A stretch of 64,000 nt of DNA, from NCBI GenBank assembly GCA_048245415.1, contig DBFBAP010000011.1, positions 74,532 to 138,531 of the forward strand, given 5' to 3'. Position 1 is the first letter of the stretch; each line of letters opens with the position of its first letter. Shown here one piece after another: positions 56,509 to 64,000 of the stretch. This stretch comes from Collinsella sp. GTDB taxonomy: Bacteria > Actinomycetota > Coriobacteriia > Coriobacteriales > Coriobacteriaceae. The notes below the pieces were generated by a model. That model did no database searches. It had not been told where the DNA came from and saw only the letters and a program-made list of their open reading frames with translations. The position numbers were made by a program, and so were the translations under genes.

Positions 56509-56934
56509 ATGGCTGATACCAAAACTCCCGCTGAACGCAGCGAAAATATGTCTCGAATCCGCAGCACCAACACCAAGCCGGAGGAAATCGTAAGGAAATA
56601 TCTATTCAGCCACGGTTTCCGTTACCGCAAAAATGACAAACGCTATCCGGGAAAGCCCGATATTGTCCTGCCAAAATACCACACTATCATTTTTGTCAAC
56701 GGATGCTTCTGGCATATGCATGGTTGCTCCCGCTCCAGACTTCCTCGTTCCAATCAAGAATACTGGAAGCCCAAAATTGAACGAAACATCCAGCGGGATG
56801 CAGAAAATCAACAAAAACTGGAGGCTGACGGTTGGAAGGTGATTGTAGTCTGGGAATGTGAATTGAAAAAGCGTACAGCCGAAGAACGACTATCCCGATT
56901 ATGCGATGAAATTCGAAAAAGCAATGATTATTAG
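56509..56934 (+). CDS. vsr: Very short patch repair endonuclease
   Basis: RSENMSRIRSTNTKPE, PGKPDIVLPKY..IFVNGCFWH.H.C and WKVIVVWECE match E. coli Vsr blocks. Confidence 0.92.
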   Translation: MADTKTPAERSENMSRIRSTNTKPEEIVRKYLFSHGFRYRKNDKRYPGKPDIVLPKYHTIIFVNGCFWHMHGCSRSRLPRSNQEYWKPKIERNIQRDAENQQKLEADGWKVIVVWECELKKRTAEERLSRLCDEIRKSNDY

Positions 56935-56954
56935 GAATCTCGAAAAGCCCTTAG

Positions 56955-57001
56955 GGACTAAGGGCGCACTTCTATACAGGGTAAACCCTGTATGCGTGCG
57001 C
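56955..57001 (-). promoter_or_regulatory. MOBQ-type origin of transfer (oriT)
   Basis: The minus strand reads ATACAGGGT-TT-ACCCTGTAT followed by AGAAGTGCGCCCTTAG. The core AAGTGCGCCCTT (complement of 56960-56971), extended by one base to AAGTGCGCCCTTA, matches the RSF1010/pIP501-type nick region as I recall it. Confidence 0.7.
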
Positions 57002-57011
57002 TCTGCGAGGC

Positions 57012-57046
57012 AAACAGCCCGGACGATGGAAGTCCGGGCTGTTTTG
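57012..57046 (+). terminator. Terminator after vsr
   Basis: 13-bp stem AAACAGCCCGGAC / GTCCGGGCTGTTT followed by T. Confidence 0.7.
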
Positions 57047-57182
57047 CGTCACTGCGTTCCGTACAAGGGGCTGCACCCCTTGCGCCGCTTATGCGGCTAT
57101 CCCTGCCCGCTTTGGATGGGAAACAATCTGTTTGCACAGACAGTTTCCCATCCAAAGCCTAAAACTTAACACGCAAATCTTA

Positions 57183-57213
57183 CCGCTTGTCCGAAAGACA
57201 GGCGGTATTTTTT
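57183..57213 (+). terminator. Second terminator immediately upstream of the mob genes
   Basis: CCGCTTGTC-CGAAA-GACAGGCGG followed by TATTTTTT. Confidence 0.7.
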
Positions 57214-57239
57214 ATCTGCAAATAAAGGAGGAATCTACG

Positions 57240-57548
57240 ATGCCAACAACCGAAAAACTGAAACAGGAGATCGCAGACGCAGAAAAGAAGCTGGCGCAGG
57301 AGCGCAGCAGGCTCCAGCGGCTGGAAAACCGAAAATCCTATTATGAGAAGGGAGACAGGAAGAAACGGGCGCACCGCCTCATTACCAGAGGGGCTGCCGT
57401 GGAGAGCATTGCACCGCTGGTAAAGGTTTTGAGCGAAACGGAGTTCTATGCTTTTACGGAAAAGATTTTTGCTTTGCCGGAAGTCAGGGCTTTGTTGATG
57501 GAAACGGTCAATGCACACAATGAGGCAAGCCAGAAAGGAAAGGGATAA
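57240..57548 (+). CDS. Small coiled-coil mobilization accessory protein (relaxosome component-like)
   Basis: MPTTEKLKQEIADAEKKLAQERSRLQRLENRKSYYEKGDRKKRAHRLITRGA... has the form typical of small proteins preceding MobA/MobL relaxases in Firmicutes elements. AAAGGAGG precedes the ATG. Confidence 0.7.
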   Translation: MPTTEKLKQEIADAEKKLAQERSRLQRLENRKSYYEKGDRKKRAHRLITRGAAVESIAPLVKVLSETEFYAFTEKIFALPEVRALLMETVNAHNEASQKGKG

Positions 57549-57550
57549 GT

Positions 57551-59023
57551 ATCGCACTATTTCACTTCCATGTTACCCAGATAAAACGCAGTGCAGGGCA
57601 ATCCGCTGTTGCGTCCGCTGCTTACCGATCCGGCGAAAAGCTGCACAGCGAGTATTACGGGGAGGACAGCGACTACACCCGGAAAGGCGGTGTGATCTGT
57701 TCTGAAATCCTGCTGCCGCCCCACGCTCCGCTTTCCTTCGCAGACCGGCAGACCCTGTGGAACGAGGTGGAAAAGGCAGAACGGGGCAAGAAAGCCCAGC
57801 TTGCATACAGTTTTGACATTGCCTTGCAGAACGAGTTTTCCATGCAGGAGAACATCGGCCTTGCAAGGCAATTTTTATTGGAGCAGTTTGTGGGCCGGGG
57901 CATGGTGGTGGATTTCTCCGTTCACGCCCCCGACAAGGAGGACAGCGGCATTGCCAACCCGCATTTTCATGTCATGTGTCCCATCCGTCCCCTGCTGCCC
58001 GATGGAAAATGGGGCAACAAGCAGCGGCGGGAATATCTCGTGGATGAAAATGGGGAGCGCATACGGGATGAAGCAGGAAACTATGTGTTCAACGCTGTTC
58101 CCACCACGGACTGGGGCAAACCGGAAACGCTGGAACATTGGCGGGAACAGTGGGCGACAATGTGCAATGCTCGATTTTCTGAAAAGGGTCTGGAATGCCG
58201 CATCGACCACCGCAGCTACGAGCGTCAGGGTGTGGAGCAGCTGCCTACTGTCCATGAGGGTCCGGCGATCCGCCAGATGGAAGCCAGAGGCATCCGTACC
58301 GATAAAGGCGAATTTAACCGCTGGGTCAAGGCGACCAATGCCTTGATCGGCAAACTGAAAAAGAAAATTGCGGCGCTGCTTGACTGGCTGAAAGAAGCGC
58401 ATGAGGAATTGACCAAACCGCAAGCACCCAATCTGGCGCAGCTGCTCAGCGAGTATTACACCAACCGCAGCACAGGTGCATGGAGCCGGAAAGCGAAAAT
58501 TGGAAATCTCAAAGAGTTCAATGAGATTTGCAATTATCTCGTGCAGAACAATTTGACAACGCCGGAACAGTTGCAGGAGCGTGTATCTGCGCTGAGTGAC
58601 CGCATTGACGTTTTGAAAAGCGCCCTGTCTGACAAATCTGACCGCATGAAGGAGTTGAAGGAACTTCTTCGCATGGTGCAGTTTTACACAGACGGAAAGC
58701 CTATTGCTGACAAGCTGGCAACCATCAAGTGGAAAGGCAAGCGTGAGCAATTCATGTCTGAAAATGAAAATGCACTCCGCCTGTATCACATGGCAGAGCG
58801 CAAATTAAAGCCGCATTTTAAGGACGGAAAATTGCCGATTACAGCATGGCGCAAGGAGCATGACCGTCTGGAACAGGAATACAAGACGGGGCAAGCGGAA
58901 CTTTCTCCCATCTATGCGGAGGTGAAAAAGCTTTGGCAGATCAAATACAAGGTAGAACAAGTTGTTCGTGCGCAGGAAAATCCCGAGCAGAGCCGCAGGA
59001 AACAGCATCAAATCGACCATTAA
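57551..59023 (+). CDS. MobA/MobL (MOBQ) relaxase; N-terminus lacks a canonical start codon
   Basis: The in-frame translation from 57551 reads IALFHFHVTQIKRSAGQSAVASAAYRSGEKLHSEYYGEDSDYTRKGGVICSEILLP..., and later HAPDKEDSGIANPHFHVM (His triad). The frame opens after a TGA at 57521. No ATG, GTG or TTG occurs before the GTG at 57692. Confidence 0.75.
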   Translation: MALFHFHVTQIKRSAGQSAVASAAYRSGEKLHSEYYGEDSDYTRKGGVICSEILLPPHAPLSFADRQTLWNEVEKAERGKKAQLAYSFDIALQNEFSMQENIGLARQFLLEQFVGRGMVVDFSVHAPDKEDSGIANPHFHVMCPIRPLLPDGKWGNKQRREYLVDENGERIRDEAGNYVFNAVPTTDWGKPETLEHWREQWATMCNARFSEKGLECRIDHRSYERQGVEQLPTVHEGPAIRQMEARGIRTDKGEFNRWVKATNALIGKLKKKIAALLDWLKEAHEELTKPQAPNLAQLLSEYYTNRSTGAWSRKAKIGNLKEFNEICNYLVQNNLTTPEQLQERVSALSDRIDVLKSALSDKSDRMKELKELLRMVQFYTDGKPIADKLATIKWKGKREQFMSENENALRLYHMAERKLKPHFKDGKLPITAWRKEHDRLEQEYKTGQAELSPIYAEVKKLWQIKYKVEQVVRAQENPEQSRRKQHQIDH

Positions 59024-59037
59024 GGAGGATTTCAAAA

Positions 59038-61373
<2,336 letters not shown>

Positions 61374-61404
61374 CCGAAGCCATGCCGTTCCTGCAAAAAG
61401 CAAT

Positions 61405-61416
61405 ATTACTTTCTTA
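61405..61416 (-). repeat. Right subterminal inverted repeat of the element
   Basis: ATTACTTTCTTA is the reverse complement of 49825-49836. Confidence 0.8.
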
Positions 61417-61432
61417 TGACCCCCGACCATTC

Positions 61433-61446
61433 CCCGCGGAGGCTTT
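61433..61446 (-). terminator. Proximal half of the split ftsH terminator hairpin
   Basis: The minus strand reads AAAGCCTCCGCGGG, starting 11 nt after the ftsH stop. It pairs with 49795-49808. Confidence 0.7.
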
Positions 61447-61457
61447 CGCCACAAAGA

Positions 61458-63593
61458 CTATTTGTCGGCGTCGGCGTCGGCATCGACGACGGCATGGTCA
61501 TCGCCAGCATCATCGGATGCGACTTCGGCATCCTCCTGCATGGCCGCCTGCGCAAAGGCCGCGGCATCAGCCGCCAGCTCTTCCTCGCTCATACGGGGCG
61601 TGCGCTTCTTGGTCGGCATGCCGGCCGCCTTGGCATTGCGCTCCTCCTTGGCCGCCAGGATATCGCCCTCGCGCTCAAGGTAGGCGTCCCACTCGTTGTC
61701 GAGCAGGGCGTTCACGGCGTCACCCTCGACGGTCTCGCGCTCGAGCAGCACCTTGGCCATCAGGTCGAGCTGATCGCGACGGGCATCCAGGATCTCGACC
61801 GCACGACGATGGGCCTCACGCATAATGCGCTGGACCTCAATGTCGATGCGACGCGCCGTCTCCTCAGAGTAGTCCTGATGATCGGCGTAATCGCGACCGA
61901 GGAACACCTGATGCTGCGCCTCGCCAAACACCTGCGTTCCAAGCTCCTCGCTCATGCCCAGGCGCGTGACCATCTCGCGCGCCATCTTGGTCGCGCGCTC
62001 CAGATCGTTGCTCGCGCCCGACGTGATGTCGTCGCACATGAGTTCCTCGGCAACGCGGCCACCCAAGAACACGGCGAGCTCGTCGAGCATCTCGTTCTTG
62101 GTCTTGAGGAAGTGGTCCTCCTGCGGAAGCTGCAGCGTGTAACCCAAAGCCTGGCCGCGGCTGACGATCGAGATCTTGTGGACCGGATCGGAGTGCTCCA
62201 GGATGTGACCCACCAGGGCGTGACCGCTCTCGTGGTAGGCAATCGTGGTGCGCTCGGCCTCGGTCATCACGCGACCCTTGCGCTGCGGTCCGGCAATCAC
62301 GCGCTCCATCGATTCCTCGACCTCGTCCATCGAGATCACGGAACGATGGCGGCGGGCAGCCAACAGCGCAGACTCGTTGAGCAGATTTGCCAGATCGGCA
62401 CCAGTGAAGCCAACGGTCATCTGGGCGAGCTTCTCAAACTTAACGTCCTCGTCCATCGGCTTGTTCTCGGCATGCACGCGCAAGATCTGCTCGCGGCCCT
62501 TCACATCCGGACGGTCGACCGTAACCTGACGGTCAAAACGGCCGGGACGCAGCAATGCCGGATCCAGGATGTCAGGACGGTTGGTCGCAGCGATCAGGAT
62601 GACCGACTCGCTTTCCTCAAAGCCGTCCATCTCGACCAGCAGCTGGTTGAGCGTCTGCTCGCGCTCGTCGTGACCGCCGCCCAAGCCGGCTCCGCGCTGA
62701 CGTCCCACGGCATCGATCTCATCGATGAAGATGATCGACGGGGCCTGGGACTTGGCCTCCTTAAAGAGGTCACGCACACGGCTGGCGCCGACACCTACGA
62801 ACATCTCGACAAAGTCGGAACCCGAGATGCTAAAGAACGGCACGCCCGCCTCGCCGGCAACGGCCTTGGCCAGCAGCGTTTTACCGGTGCCCGGAGGGCC
62901 AACCAGCAACACGCCACGCGGGATCTTGGCGCCCAGCTTGCGATAGCGATCCGGATCGCTCAAAAAGTCACGGATCTCCTCGAGCTCCTCGACTGCCTCG
63001 TCCACGCCGGCAACGTCTTCAAACTTGACCTTGGGGCGTGTGGCCTCGTTGGTCTTGGCGTTGGTCTTGCCAAACTGCATGTTCCTGTTGTTGGCGCCCA
63101 TCATCTGGCGCATAAAGTAGAACATGATGGCGATAAGGGCGATCGTCGGAAGCACACTCATCGCCAAGTCGCCCCAAAAATCGGGATCGTTGGTGTTGAC
63201 GATGTACTTGGTATCGGGGTGCTCCGACATGAGCTCGGCAAGCGAATCGGAGCCGACATAGGTCGAGGAGAAGCTCTTGAGCTCGCTCGTATCGCCCTTG
63301 TCCTTCTTCGTCTTCCAGTAATGACCCGTCACGCTTCCGTCTTGAACCGTATAGGTCAGATCTTCGACGCGATCCTGCTTGATGGCGCTCACCATCTCGC
63401 TCGTCGCGAGCTTAACGGTATTGCTGGAATTGGCAAAGCCGGAGCCCATGTTAAAGAAGGCGTAGCCCAGAAGCGCGCAAGCCAAAATAAAATACAGCCA
63501 GCCCGTACGCGTGGGCTTCTTGCCTCCGGGCATCCCCGGGATCTTAGGCTCCCGGGGAGTCTGGGAATTGTTATCGTTATGGTCGTCGGGCAT
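61458..63593 (-). CDS. ftsH: ATP-dependent zinc metalloprotease FtsH
   Basis: Two N-terminal TM segments, AAA+ [29 protein letters not shown] and a HESGHAL zinc site. Confidence 0.96.
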   Translation of the reverse strand: MPDDHNDNNSQTPREPKIPGMPGGKKPTRTGWLYFILACALLGYAFFNMGSGFANSSNTVKLATSEMVSAIKQDRVEDLTYTVQDGSVTGHYWKTKKDKGDTSELKSFSSTYVGSDSLAELMSEHPDTKYIVNTNDPDFWGDLAMSVLPTIALIAIMFYFMRQMMGANNRNMQFGKTNAKTNEATRPKVKFEDVAGVDEAVEELEEIRDFLSDPDRYRKLGAKIPRGVLLVGPPGTGKTLLAKAVAGEAGVPFFSISGSDFVEMFVGVGASRVRDLFKEAKSQAPSIIFIDEIDAVGRQRGAGLGGGHDEREQTLNQLLVEMDGFEESESVILIAATNRPDILDPALLRPGRFDRQVTVDRPDVKGREQILRVHAENKPMDEDVKFEKLAQMTVGFTGADLANLLNESALLAARRHRSVISMDEVEESMERVIAGPQRKGRVMTEAERTTIAYHESGHALVGHILEHSDPVHKISIVSRGQALGYTLQLPQEDHFLKTKNEMLDELAVFLGGRVAEELMCDDITSGASNDLERATKMAREMVTRLGMSEELGTQVFGEAQHQVFLGRDYADHQDYSEETARRIDIEVQRIMREAHRRAVEILDARRDQLDLMAKVLLERETVEGDAVNALLDNEWDAYLEREGDILAAKEERNAKAAGMPTKKRTPRMSEEELAADAAAFAQAAMQEDAEVASDDAGDDHAVVDADADADK

Positions 63594-63594
63594 C

Positions 63595-64000
63595 TTACGA
63601 ATAAACCTCCGGTTTCAAAATGCCCAGATACGGAAGGTTACGATAGCGCTCGGCATAGTCGAGGCCGTAGCCCACCACAAAGGCATCGGGGCAATGGGTT
63701 CCAACATACTTGGGCGTGATGGCCGAGGTGCGGTCCTCAACGTCCTTCCACAGGAAGGCAGCGACCTCCAGCGAAGCGGGCTTGCGGCTCTCGAGGTTCT
63801 TCATCAGGTACTTGAGGGTCAGGCCCGAGTCCAGAATGTCCTCGACGATCAGCACGTCGCGACCACGGATGTCGATATCCAGATCCTTAATGATACGCAC
63901 GATGCCCGAAGACTTCACACCGTCGCCATAGCTCGAAACAGCCATGAAATCGATGTTGGTCGGTAGCTCAATCTTGCGCATCAGGTCGCCCATAAAGACA
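63595..64000 (-). CDS. hpt: Hypoxanthine phosphoribosyltransferase (N-terminal end runs off the window)
   Basis: ...VFMGDLMRKIELPTNIDFMAVSSYG...VLIVEDILDSGLTL...GYGLDYAERYRNLPY. The reading frame is still open at 64000. Confidence 0.9.
   Translation of the reverse strand, partial: VFMGDLMRKIELPTNIDFMAVSSYGDGVKSSGIVRIIKDLDIDIRGRDVLIVEDILDSGLTLKYLMKNLESRKPASLEVAAFLWKDVEDRTSAITPKYVGTHCPDAFVVGYGLDYAERYRNLPYLGILKPEVYS

Overview
High-GC (about 60%+ by eye) Gram-positive chromosome, Actinobacteria-like and plausibly Coriobacteriia (weak inference from the LAxTG sorting signal, gene content and the hpt-ftsH arrangement). Most of the window is ordinary core and accessory metabolism: three fused ABC exporters with a MarR gene, ilvE, cysE, glmS, tRNA-Ser(UGA) beside a TadA-glycerate kinase fusion, a rhamnose-like deoxysugar cluster (rhaB-rhaD-MFS-AraA-like isomerase plus LacI regulator), a PTS/GatZ/F6P-aldolase/split-transketolase locus with its own LacI regulator, an amino-acid ABC importer, an EF-G paralogue, a secreted nuclease, RumA-type methyltransferase, PHP phosphatase and an aminotransferase. 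The main event is an AT-richer island of about 11.6 kb (about 49809-61432). It is an integrative mobilizable element carrying an XRE regulator, a small serine recombinase, a MOBQ-type oriT, a relaxase with accessory protein, and a TnpX-like large serine recombinase at its right end. Its cargo is a four-gene m5C restriction-modification/repair module: a Dcm-type methyltransferase, a PLD+B3-like nuclease, a translationally coupled P-loop/DEAD ATPase, and Vsr. The element appears to have split the ftsH terminator hairpin, whose two stem halves now lie on opposite sides of it. The host intergenic regions also hold several families of repeated hairpin elements that I cannot assign to any known class. 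These are a 39-nt GGGACAG-loop hairpin, a roughly 90-nt terminator-containing module, a roughly 150-nt long imperfect hairpin with compensatory changes, long perfect inverted repeats, and a six-copy 9-mer array. Many long ORFs in the supplied track are antisense shadows of real genes, as expected in high-GC DNA. All family calls come from motif recognition by eye, and no searches were run.
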